Part shown: piece by piece, positions 20,950 to 32,843 of the stretch
Position numbering within the stretch: position 1 is the stretch's first letter
Layout of the letters: each line of letters begins with the position of its first letter
Assembly: GCA_008632985.1 (NCBI GenBank)
Contig: QPGO01000071.1
Location: 297,516 to 361,515, forward strand
Direction: 5' to 3'
Source of the DNA: Psammoneis japonica
Lineage: Eukaryota
Length of the DNA: 64,000 bases
The notes under the pieces: model-generated
What the model saw: only the letters and a program-made list of their open reading frames with translations
Told to the model about the DNA's origin: nothing
Database searches by the model: none
Made by a program: the position numbers and the translations under genes

Positions 20950-23750
20950 AAGGCCATCTGTCACCAATTTTCAACAGAGGCAGGTCCCCAGTTCAGGAGC
21001 TGACAAAGCAAAAATCTTGAAATCTAGCACACACTGTCAAAGTCTGTTCAAGACACCTCAGATGCACTTGCCCCATCCTCCTGCTCCTCTGTGCAATGAT
21101 GTGGATGTGTGAGGTGGGGCACCATCTTTGCATCTGCTTTTGGGCTCCTTTGTTCTCAGCTGTGCTGCAACCCATTTCCACAGCACAGCCTTTGCTCTGG
21201 CTGCAACTGGCTGGACCAACACTCCTGTGGTCCTTTGGTGCCTTTTTCTTGCCACTGCAATGATGGTTCAAGCCAAGGTTGCTTGTGTGTGTGTGTGGTG
21301 CTTCAACAATGATGTGACTGAGTGGCCATGAAAGAATCATCAGAAATTGGCTAGAAACTGTTCTGTGCTGCATCAAAAATGGCATCACACATGCCCACCC
21401 AGCTCCAGCATTGCCCGTTCTTCACTCAGCCAGGGGTGTGGTGCATCAACCTGTGTTTTTGCATTCCTTGTGGGATTTTGAGTGGCTGTTTGATTCAACA
21501 GCACAGCACCCACCTGAGGCTTGTCTTCTGAAAAAGCACCGCTGGAAGTGCTTGTCTTTTGCATGATTGATGCCTGCTCTTTTGCCACACAGCCTTCCAG
21601 AAGCCTGTCCCAACCAATGGTGCTCTGGGTTAGAATGGCTCTCAACTCCTGCTGCTGCAGCATTGTTCTTGTCTGTCCAGAAGATGTTTTTTTGAGAAGT
21701 TTGCTCCATTTTGTCATGGCTTCTGGGCATGCCATGGTGTGTGCTGCATCTTCATCCTCTCTTTCACATCAAGGGCATCTAGAGTGGGTCTTGGACTTTC
21801 CATCTCTTCAGCCATTTTCCAACTCTGCATGTTCCTGTGGAGTGCTTGCTGACCACTGGCAGCACCCTGTTCCCAAGTTGGTTAGAAACTTTGTTGATGG
21901 CCTCCCAGCTGACTCTTTGGCCTGGGGTGTGTCTTCCTTGGTGCTTGTGTCATTTTCTGACAAAAAATTCCAAAGGTGCTTGATGCCCCTGCAAGGCACA
22001 CTCAACGCTTGTGCAGCTGGGGGTGTGTGTTTTTCTTGGTGCTTGTGTCATTTTCTGGCAAAACTTTCCAAGAGTTCTTGGTCAAAAATGCTGTTGCAAG
22101 GCATTCAAACAAGGTCCTGTGTGATTTGCCCAAGAACCTGCCACCAACTCCAATTTTGAGTCCACATGCATTTCCAGCAGAGCTTGTGTGAGGTCACCTG
22201 CAACTGTTGTTGTTTCCCATGTTTGAGGAGGGCTTCAATGTGCTTCCTGAACATTGTGTGAATTCAACTGATTTGAACATGAGTCCTTGAAGTCTCTTCA
22301 CAGTCCCTTGAGTGCTGCTCTCAAAAGATCAGAGCTTTGATGTGCTTGCATTTTTTGGAGTTGTGGGCAAGCACATGAGCACATGACAACTGATCACTTT
22401 GCAAATCTGTTGCACAAGTCGTGACAGCCATGCATCTGATTTTGCAAGGTGGCCAGACTGCACATGGTCAGCCCAGGAGCATGCCTCTGCTTGTTGCTTG
22501 GCGCCACCACTGCCTTGCTGTGGTTGCCATTTTGTGCCAGCGACACCTCCTGAGTCTTCTTTGCTTTCCTTTGATGCAGGCATGACATCTGTTGCTTTTG
22601 GTCATTCTGGTTCTTGATGCACATGTGCAGATCATTCTCATTGGATGGATTGATTTCATTTTCCACATGATGTCATTCCCTGTTTTCCATTTTTAACTCA
22701 ATTTGGTGCCTTCAGCACTTGTCAGGCCACCACACATGTCTCCTCCAGCAACCCACACATCACCTGCAAATTGGTTGAGCCCTTCCTGCATGTCCTTGGC
22801 TGCTTCCAAGCAGCTTGGCCAGTGAAGATCCATGGCAAAAAAGGCAACCTGGCAAAATCTGTTGGGTGCCTCCATTTTCTTGTCTGAGACCCTGTGAATG
22901 CTTGTCCTCCAGATCAAAGTGTGTGGCCTCAAAGGCTGTCTGAAACAAAATGTCTGCTCAGGCCATCTGACAATCAGAGCCCATTGCACCTTGTCTCCAA
23001 AGAAACCACCTTGTTCAATTTGAGTGCCTGCAGCAGAGCACATCCTGTCAATCAGGAGAGCCCCAGGGTGACATGTTGCAGAGAGATGATGTTCCTCCCT
23101 GCACTTTTTAGATGAGACATTGTGCAGCTGCATCTTGTCAAAGCTTTCTTTGATTTTTGTGTTCCATTTCTGAGCTGTTTCCTCAAGAAGATTTTGAGTC
23201 CATGCAAGTCTTGGGCATCTGCTGTCATTGTGGTTTTCTCAAAAGAATTTTCAGTGCTGGGACATGGTCATCAATGAGCTGCAATGATGCCAAGAATGGC
23301 GGCTCCAGTCTTGCCTCTGAATCTTGACCACAGGTCCATCTGCCTGGCCTTGTGGGGTCTGTCCCTTTCATGACTGCTCTGTGTCCTGCTTGCTCAGGAC
23401 CAAGGTGCCCCCAGGTTGACAACGAGAGAAGTGTGCATCATCTGTGTTGCACCCCACACAGAAATGTGTGGTGGGAGCTCCCAGTGCTTTCTGAGTCATG
23501 CTTGTGGTTTCATTTCATGAGGCAGGGGGTGGGAGCATTCTCCAGCAGCTTTTGGTTTCACTCATGTGTGAAATGCTGGTGCTCTTGTCAGCCACCACTT
23601 GATGGATGCTGTCATTCTTTTCTCTTCATTGGAGCTTGGGACCCCATTGATGTTTTGGAAGGCTGTGCAGAGGGTGTCCTCTGTCTTGCATTTTGTGACT
23701 TTGGCCACACAGGTGTTGCAAGGTTTTGGTTGGTCTGTGATGTCTTGTGC
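20950..23750 (-). mobile_element. Degenerate APE-type non-LTR retrotransposon (LINE): endonuclease, RT and C-terminal zinc-finger remnants
   Basis: In order on minus strand: AFQNINGVP (about 23650), GTDPTRPGRWT (about 23350), MQEGLNQFAGDVWVAGG (about 22760), WADHVQSGHLAKSDAWLS (about 22450), HIEALLKHG, RCP*CEREDEDAAHTMAC (about 21750), QSTIGWDRLLEG (about 21610). Confidence 0.7.
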
Positions 23751-24218
23751 CCTGTTGTTGTTTCTTCCCAGGGGTGGCCATCTCTCTTCATCAAGGAGCC
23801 ACGTAGCCACAAGTCCTGTTTTTGCCTGCTGAGCTTTTTTTGCTTGCCAGCTTGAGTGGAGCTGGGGGGGTGACTTTCCTCCCCATGTCGCAGTGTGTGG
23901 CATTGCCAGAGATGCTTCTCTCCTTGCCATTTGTGTTGTTGGGCCACTCAAAGAGAACTTTTGGCAATCTTGGTGTCATCACCTTGGGTGCCAGGCATGC
24001 TGCCCTCATTGCCAGAGCTGCTGCTTGTCTTGCCCTTGTTTGTCAGCGCTGCTTTGAGTTGTGACACAAGCAATCTCACAGAAGTGTCCCTTGTTTCCTT
24101 CTGAAACAAAGTTTCCAGAAAACAAGCGAGCGACATTGCAAATTTGATTGGTGTGTTTTGTGGTTTCTTTTTGGTGGTTTTTGCTGTGGCTGCCACATCC
24201 AATTACAAAAAAGGCTGG

Positions 24219-24752
24219 TTGTTCTTGTGAGATGGTGTGTCACTTGCATCACTTGCATTGTTTGTTGTTTCTTGGGTGCAACATGGGCTGATTTGCCATT
24301 TTAGACACTGTGGGCTGACACAATTGTGTCTTTTTCATCCAATCCTCCTTCTCCAAGCATGACTGGATCTGCCGGATTGTCTGGACAAGTGCCCTTTGGT
24401 GGTGTGTCTCCAATGGAGCACCCCCCATCTCCTTCTTCTGCTGCAACCATCACCAAGATTCTTGAAGCTGTGCTCATGCTGTCCTTGATTGTCCTTGTGA
24501 AATGGTGTGTCATTTGCATCATTTGCATTTTTTGCTGTTTTTTGGGTGCAACATGGGCTCACTTGCCTTTTTAGACACTGCGGGCTGACACAATTGTGTC
24601 TTCATCTAATCCTCCTTCTCCAAGCATGACTGGATCTTCTGGATTGTCTGGAGTGTCCTTTGATGGTGTGTCTCCAGTGGAGCATCCCCTGTCTCCTTCT
24701 TCTGCTGCAGCCATCACCAAGATTCTTGAAGCTGTGCTCATGCTGTCCTTGA
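24219..24752 (+). repeat. About 270-bp tandem duplication (24219-24488 / 24489-24752)
   Basis: Near-identical units ending CACCAAGATTCTTGAAGCTGTGCTCATGCTGTCCTTGA. Confidence 0.92.
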
Positions 24753-25929
24753 GGGAGTGAGCTCCTTGAACACCACACCAACTTTGGTTCTTGGGTGGAT
24801 GGCTTCATGTTTCTCTTTTTTCCAGCCTGCCTTGCTTCTCTGCATGTGCTGCACATGACAGGAGAAAGAACTTTTCCATGTTCTTGCCATGCTTGAGATG
24901 TGGATGTGGGAGCACATGACACATTGGGGCCACTTTGTGCTCTGTTTGCAGATCACACAGGGCTGCCACACATCTGCTGCAAGCATTGGAATGTGTTGCT
25001 CCAACTTTCATGAGTTGAGGGACTTCAGGCTTGTGGTTTGATGAGACATCTGTTGTTGTCATTTTGCGCAGAGAGTGACTCCTCAATTTTTGGTCAACTG
25101 CATCAAGAGCTTGTGCGTTGTTGAGAATGAGAGTCTTTGATTGTGTGAGGCATGCTTGCTGCCAAATGTCTCCCTTGTCAACTGGATCAGATTCAGTCAA
25201 ACTGATGTGTTGTGAGCATTGAGGCATCAGTCTGGCTGATGTTTTGAGCAGCTGGTTCTTGGTGGCCCTGGAAAACGTTCATTGGAGCATGGGGCATGTT
25301 GTTCTGGCACCATTGGAGAGCCAACATTGTTGCAACAACCTGTTGGTTGCAGGAGGTCCCTTCTGCAGCATCTGCTGGTTTCATGACTTTCTTTGCTCTA
25401 AGCTCCACTGGCTTCCCAAGAAGCTGACTGACCCTTGGCTCCATTTTCACTGGGTCAAGTTGGCCCGACATCATTGTTGGCCAACCACAGCTTGTGGTGA
25501 GTTCTGCATTCTGTGGAACCTTGGGTTTGCACTCTCCAGATTTCCAGACAACTCTTGCCAATTCTTCTGAGTTGACCACAAGATTGATGTTTATTTTGCA
25601 CAAGTTGTGCACGCAGACAGAGGAAGAGGATTTCTCATGGGAGACTGGGCAGCCTGTTCTGCCTTTGTTGCAGTGCAATGAAAAGCAAAGAGAACTGTTG
25701 GAGCATGTTCCAGCTGAGCCATTTCTGTTTGCGGCTGCTGTGGATTGGAATGATCACTCAAGGTCATTAAAAATGAAATCACTGCCCAGCAATGATTTTT
25801 CATCCAGAAATGTTCAACAGGAGATGTTTTTAAAATGGGCCCCATGTGCCAGTGCACAGATCTCAAAAAAGAGGGGAAACAGCAAGACAGAGCAGGGTGC
25901 AGAGTGGATGCAATGCTGGTGACAAGGAT

Positions 25930-27150
25930 GCCACTGACAATCCACCATCATCCTGAAGTGAAATGATGTTCTCTGCAACTGCATGGCCACTCATGGCAGC
26001 ACTGTGTGCAAATGCCCAGTTGTGTGCATCGCCATCAAAAGGTGTGGCTTTTCCCACAAAAAAGAGCTTGTTGCTGCTGACAGGTCTTTGCATTGCATCA
26101 ATGGCGCAGTCACAAGATGCTCCCACTTTTGCCCAACAAGTGCAACCCATCTGAATGCATGGTTCCTCAACCCAGTTCTGAACAACACAATTGACAAGCT
26201 TGGATGAAGCCTTTCCATCAACATTTCATCCAAGTCTGCCAAGACTCCATCCACAGCACAACCACCTGATTGCTGGTTGCATTGACATGTTGATCTGCAA
26301 CAGCTCCACAAACAAAGAGCCCCAAGATGCCAGTGTTTGAAGTTTGGCCAAATGTCTCATCTCAGCACAGCCTCTTGCCAAAATCACTCAATGAGAGGTC
26401 TTCCACATCAAACTCATCAAAATCACATTCAATCACAAGCACCAAAAGGACAAAATGCATCTGTGTGCTTGCAAAACACCTTGATCCCAGGGGCCATTTC
26501 ACAGTCATCAATGGCTTGAGCGCAACTGTTGGGCTGGTCTGGAACAAAAAAAATGGCCTTGTTCTGCAACATCTGCCTGCATGATGCCTGAAACAACCAG
26601 TCTCTGTTTTTCCAAGAAGCTTTTATGAGCACGATGCTGTGGTCTGTTTGTGTCATGGGACAATCAAGAACGGTGTGTCTTCTGGATTCAAAGTCGACAC
26701 CAGTTGGTCATTGAGAAAGTCCCGTCACATTGAATTGACCCACTTGCAGTCATTTGCTGATGGTTCAAAATCAGCACAGTTGCAAATCAAAGAACCATCC
26801 ATGTGGACACCTCTGACACATGATGCTTGACTGTCGAAATGCTGCTTGCTGCATCTCTGTCTGCAATGGGATTCAAAGCTGACACTGGATCACTGTGAAT
26901 CCACTCTCCACCAACATCAATGGGAAAATCAGCCAAGGTGTTGTCTTTTTTCAACCAACTGCTGATGCAATCCAACACCTCGAGAATTGTGTGGGAAAGA
27001 CCTGCTTGTTCCAAGCATCAGGCTGCTGTCAAACCAGCCGCACCTGCTCTGACAACAAGAACATCCATCATGTTTGGTGCCGATGTGACAAACTGCACAG
27101 AGCAGAAAATGTTGTGGCAGAGAAAGCTGCTGCGGTCATGACAGAAATGA
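25930..27150 (-). pseudogene. Flavin-containing amine oxidoreductase pseudogene (hypermutated)
   Basis: DVLVVRAGAAGLTAA*CLEQAG.SHTILEVLDCISSWLKKDNTLADFPIDVGGEWIH (FAD fold), QNWVEEPCIQMGC, LFFVGKA, WAFAHSAAMSG; stops and frameshifts. Confidence 0.85.
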
Positions 27151-29349
27151 CGTGAAAGTGCAATTTTCAAATTTCAGATTGCCGCTGCATTTGCCACATC
27201 ATGATTGCATCATGATGTTGATGACATCAAAGGATTGCCATGTCATGTGGACATCATGTCAATGACGTGCATTGTCAAGGTGCATCTCATGCATCATCGT
27301 CTCTTGCCCCTTGCTCATGCTGTGCCCACTTGCCTCATCAACTCAGCTCAGACCAACAATCTTGCAAATTGTGCTGTGCTCTTTCTGGCAAAGCTGCCTG
27401 TGGTGAGCTCAGTCATGCCCAAATTTTCTTTCTCAATTCACAACCACAGATGGGGCAGAGTGTCAAATTTCACAAAATGTGCACTCTTCTCCACTCACAA
27501 AGTTGGCATGGGAGACAGGCGAGCATTGCGATGCCCTCCTGTGTTCTCACAATGAAGGACATCAACCAGCATCTGTGGAGGCAGTGGCTTGTTTTGCCAC
27601 CTTTGCTGCTTTAAAGTCTGTGTCTTCTTCTTGCACAGTTTCCAGGGGTCTGGCAAGCCATCTTGCGGTGCACGTGTGATGTGAGTTGGTTGCCCGCAGA
27701 AGAGCAGGCACTGTCTCCTTTGACGTTCCCACTCACAACACTCTTGATGAAGAGGAGAGATTTGGAAGAGCTGGGCTTGGCTGCACACATCCTGTGTGGC
27801 TCCACACATGTCCCCCAAGAGGTGCTGCACCAAACATTCTTTGCAGTGCTCCTGTTGTGCTGCTGCCAGCTCAATGGATGAATTGCTGCCAGCAAGGAAG
27901 CTCTTGCCAAGAGAAGATTGGCTGGCAAAGGCTCAATGGTCAACATGTGCACAATTTGTCTGTGAATTGAGGGTGGTGGCTGCTGGTCATGCTGCATGTG
28001 AGCCACGCACAAGACCCTCTCATGAGTTTGGGTGTGCAAGTTGATCCACTGGCCACCATTTCTCAATGTTGTGAATCTTTGTCATCCACAGTGTTCTTGG
28101 ACAAAGTTCTACCTGCAGTGCATTGTGCATCATTGGCGCCATCTTCATGTTCTTTGTGCTGTGAGCATGCCATGTCTTTCCAGCAGCACAGATTCTTGTC
28201 AGCAGGGATAAAGCCAGTGGACCATCATGGCTGCCACAGACATCAAAGCATGTGGCAACACTGTGTTGCTCTGCTGAGAATGTTCCAGTCAAGAGTGAAA
28301 ACCGTGTTTTGGACCAGCATTGTTGTGCCTGCAGCCCACAAACAATGCAGTCCCTTGCTGCTTGTTGTGGCCATGCTGACATCAGCACCTCACCCCTGAG
28401 ATCAGCTGTGGGCTGCCCAGGTGAGTTGCTCCATTTGGGGGGGGGGGGGGGGGCAACAAGCACCCAGATGGCATGAAAAAGCTTCCCAACACATGCTTTC
28501 ACCAACAGGTCATCCATCTCTCCATGCATGTTCAAATGCTCCATGCAGGTCCTCCTCAACTGTCTTCCAAAGTTGCCTCCTGATCATGGTGCTCTCAGCT
28601 CTTAATTTCTCTCAGCACATTGACAATGGGGAGAGCTCAGATCAAGTTGCAAGTGGGCCAGATGATGTCACAATTTGTCTGCTTTGAATCATTGCACATG
28701 CTGAAAAATCCTGTCTGAACTGCAAGATTGGAGCCGCACCCACACAAGATCTTGCTCCCCTGTGCAATGTCATGATCCTTGCACATTTTTTCAGGAAATG
28801 AAGATCCCCAAATGCGCCTCCCAATCAATTTGCTCCTGTGTGGGGTCAAGTCCTCTGCATTCCCCAGGGTTTGATTGACTCCTTGACAGCAACAGGGGGT
28901 GTCACTCCACTGGAGCTAAAATCACTGCATCAGGGCTGAGGTTGTCCTTGCACCATCTGCACCACAGATGGCAGTGCCTTTGATGACACCCCCCTTGCAC
29001 CAGCAGATGAATGTGTGGGGCTGGTGAGCCCTGCACTTGACACACTGCCGCTCATGGAGCAGCAGGAACAAGTGCTGGTGGGCAGACTGGGCCTGGTGCC
29101 ATCATTTTGTGCAAGACCCTTGACATCAGAATGTTGCAGTTGGGTTGGGTGAGCATTTGCTGATGGATTGTGCAGCTGCAGCTGGCAATGCCACTTCCAT
29201 TCATGGCAGCACTTCTGTCACCTTCTTGGGCAAGGAGCAGTTTTCCAGAGCTGAGCAGAGCCATGAAGCACCAGATGGTTGACTTGCCCAATGTCCAAGT
29301 CTTCATCTGAGTTTCTCTGGATCATTCCTGCTGACAGAACAAAGGCTGC

Positions 29350-31418
29350 ATGTTGCAGCTCTGGGTGGGACCTCACACTGCTGGACTGTGACATGAGAGT
29401 TTTTGGGTCATGTGCCGTGTGTCACGCGTGCACATTTCTGCATGTGTTCTTCTGCAAAATTGTCGTGTGCTCCTTGTTTTGCAAAGCCAAAGGCTTTTTG
29501 TTTTCCACCCATTGGCAAAAACAAAAAGTGACTGGGTGTGTTCTTCAATGTCTGTGGAGTGTGCCTTGCCAAGCTGGAAATGATGCACTCCAAGAATGAA
29601 AGAGGAGATGCAGTCACAAAATTGCCTCTTTTTCTGTTGATGACAACCAACACATTCACCACCCTGTCATTTTAGTGCAAAGCTTGTGTGCAGAATTCTG
29701 TGCACAAATGTCACACAGAGGAGCCCCGCCAAGGGCTGGAACACATCGGTCATGGCTTTCTGCCACAGTCTCCAGCATGGGTGAGAAGGAAATCCTGCTT
29801 GTTTTGGCCACTCAAAATTGAAGTGAGACACAGCCACAATGACCAAGATTTGCACTGCATTCAGCCAGTCAACAAAAGCCAATCTTCCTGAGCTTGTTGC
29901 CTTTGTGGCTCCTGTGACCAATGACCACATCTGCTGGGTGGGAGTTGCTCTCTTTGATTGGTTGAGTTGCCTCTGACAGGGCCAGAAGGTCAAAACCCCA
30001 TGTTCGCTGCAAAATTGTGACAGTGATTTCACCCAGGCATCTGCAGCTGACAGCTGACATTGTTTGCTGCTTCAGAAGCTGGAGCAAGCAAACCTTCTGG
30101 AAATGCTCCAGCTCAAGTGTTGTCATTTTGAGCACTTGTTAAAGTTCTGTGCTTGTGTCAGAAGGTGAGCCTCCAGCTTCAATGCCTGGGGTGATGCAGA
30201 TTTCTGATGCTCCCATGCTGCTGCTGGATTTCTTTGGTGTGCACGGGATTTTCTGCAGAAGCAAAGGGTCAAGGACAGCTCATCATTGGCTTCTTGCTGA
30301 TCTGCTGTGCACACTGTTTCCTTGTCAAGAAGAAGGAGGTTGCAGCCAATGGATGTTCTGTTGCTCTCATGACTCCACCTGTGAGAGACAGCCATGCCTT
30401 CATTTGGTTGATGTGGTGTTTGCTGCACTTTTTTTTTTTAGAATGGAAATTCTGTCACAATGTTTGGCCAGCATGTCTGCTTCTGCCAAGCAAATCACTT
30501 CATTGCAACACATTGTCAAAGTCAAAAACTGCCTCTGCAACATTCAGTGTGTGCTGGCTCACTCCAAATGTCCAAGCTGGTGGCCAACAAATTTGTTGAT
30601 CTTTTTGGGGCCAGTCATGTAGAAAAGAGTGCACACAACTCAGTTCTCCCAATTTTTTGCATCAACAAAAAATTGTGCCCCCAGAAGATTCTTCTTTTTT
30701 GGTGTGCATTCTTTGCACAACAGAGAGAGAGCAGACATCCTTTCAAAAAAATCAAGCACAGCAAAAGAAATGGAAAATCTGCTGTGCCCACATTCCCATT
30801 GTTTTGCCCCCAAAAAACAACTCCAAAAAAAGAGAGCTTTCTCTCTTTTTGTCTGCACCCTCCAAAGAACAAAAAAGGCTGCTGGTTGTTGTCCAATGAA
30901 AGAAGATGCAAAAAGGTGAGAAAAGCATGAGCTCAGATGAGAATTTTTTCTTGCACAAAAAGTGCCATGACAGAAAACAGACAGATCCAATGTTGTCACA
31001 CCCCCTCGTAAGTCACACGGGGATGAAAACACACTGGCACCACTTTTTTGTTCTTGTGAGCATGTGTCAAAATGGAAAGTCTGCAGCTTCACAAAACAGG
31101 GAGCACAAAACAATTCTGCAGAAGAGCGCATGCAGAAATGTGTGTGTGCAACATGTGACACACAACAGAAAAAACATTCATGTCACATCATGCCAGCACA
31201 TGTGCCCCCCCTCCTGGGGCTGCAGTGTGTCCTTCAAACACTGAATGAGAAAACACTTGGCCAGCAGTTTTTGTTTTCACAAATGGTGCTGTGACAAAAA
31301 GCCTTTGACTTCACAAAACAGTGAGTGTGAAACAATTTTGCAGAAGAATGTGTGCATGTGACATGCAGCACATTGTCAAAAAAGCTCTCATGTCCTCACA
31401 GTCAAGCAGTGGCTGGCC
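29350..31418. mobile_element. Possible non-autonomous TIR element: a + copy of the dispersed repeat (29350-29720) facing two - copies (31030-31210, 31245-31418)
   Basis: Reverse complement of 31245-31418 reads CACTGCTTGACTGTGAGGACATGAGAGCTTTTT..TTCTTCTGCAAAATTG..TCAAAGGCTTTTTG, matching 29375-29500; no TSD identified. Confidence 0.45.
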
Positions 31419-31543
31419 ATGAGGTGCTCTGTTCAGACCAAGGCGGTGGAGCACATTGAACAGCCAGCCAAATGCCACAATCATCAGCATTCCCCAGAAA
31501 GTCATGGCTTGTTCACAGCAGGAAGTGTGACTTTGGTGAAAAC

Positions 31544-31861
31544 AGCTGTTTGTTGAGCACCACACCTGCACCAAATCTGAGGGCTGGCTGGCACTTGAAG
31601 GCAGGCAAAAAGCATGGCTTGCATGCAGGACTGACAGCCCTGGTGGGGGCTGGGCAAACTCATCATGAGCACAGTTTTGGGGTGCTCAGAGGCACACTGC
31701 AAAGCAACAAGAGCTGTTTGTTGAGTGTTGCAACTGTGTGCATCAGATCCAACAGCTGGCATTTGAAGGCAGCCAACAAGTGCAGCTCACACACAGGTCT
31801 GGCAGCCCTGGTGGGGGTGCCAGACACACTCATCATGAGTGCTTTGGGGTGCTCAGAGGCA
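31544..31861 (+). repeat. About 168-bp tandem duplication
   Basis: AGCTGTTTGTTGAG..GCTGGCA.TTGAAGGCAG..CAGCCCTGGTGGGGG..ACTCATCATGAG..GGGGTGCTCAGAGGCA occurs twice. Confidence 0.85.
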
Positions 31862-31957
31862 TCAAAAATGACACCAGCAAAGTGCAGGAAAATTGCACAA
31901 AAAGAATCATGAGCCACTGAAGTCATGCCGCCACTCAAATCGATGGCCCATCCTTTG

Positions 31958-32843
31958 AGGTGGTGTGGGTGCAAAGTGGGCCAGGTTCTGCACACACAGA
32001 GCTCAGTGTGTTGTCTGCACAAATTGCCAAAGTCAGCTTGCCAAATCAAATCTGCCAGATGATGGAAACTTGAACATGTTTCACATGACAAAGTGTTCAG
32101 AGTGCTCATTTGCACTCCCATTGACTTGTTTGTGGAGAGAAACAACATGTTTTCTTGCACTCGTAATTTGCAGCATGGCTCCACAAAACTTGAGCATTAT
32201 GATTTTGGCACCTTTCTTGTCAGACTCAGTGTGTGTGATTTGTGCAAAGGTGGCGTGGGTTCAAAAGTGGGCCAAATTCTGCACACGTGGAGCTTGGCAT
32301 GTTTTCCACACAAATCGGCAAAGAGTCAGCTCACCAACTTCGACCCTCTCCATGATGATGGAAGCTTGGATGTTTCGCACATTCAAGCATTTGGGCCACT
32401 CATTTGCACTCCCCTTGACTTGCTTGTGCAGAGAGAAACAACATGTTTTCATGCGTTCGTCATTTGTTGTGGCCACGCAAAACTCAAACGTCGCAATTTT
32501 GGCACCTTTCTGATTGGGCTCGGTGTGTGTCTTTCAAAAAGATGTGAAAACATGTTGTTTCTCTCCACGAACAAGTCAAGGGGAGTCCAAACAAGCACTC
32601 CAAACACTTTGTCATGTGAATTGTCCAAGTTTCCATCGTCTTGGAGAGGGTCGAAGTTGGCAACAAGCTGACTTTGGTGATTTGTGCAAAGGTGGCACAG
32701 GTGCAGAAGTGGGCCAGATTCTTGGCACGCAGAGCTTGGCATGTTTTCCACACAAATTGCCAAAGTTAGCTCACCCTCTCCAGGACAATGGACAGAAACT
32801 TGGGCATGCCAACAAGCTCTGGCCCACTTTTGCACCCGTGTCA
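31958..32843. repeat. Foldback-like array of a 290-bp unit (direct, direct, inverted partial, direct partial, short inverted)
   Basis: Units at about 31958-32250 and 32248-32530 (+), 32547-32676 (-), 32677-32790 (+), 32821-32843 (-); shared AAGTGGGCCA, CATTTGCACTCCC.TTGACTTG, GAGAGAAACAACATGTTTTC. Confidence 0.8.

Noticed and set aside
27500..29300. Possible decayed P-loop NTPase gene on the minus strand (LVLHGSA.SGKT-like near 29230-29280)
   Set aside because: Needs several frameshifts to read and no further motifs found
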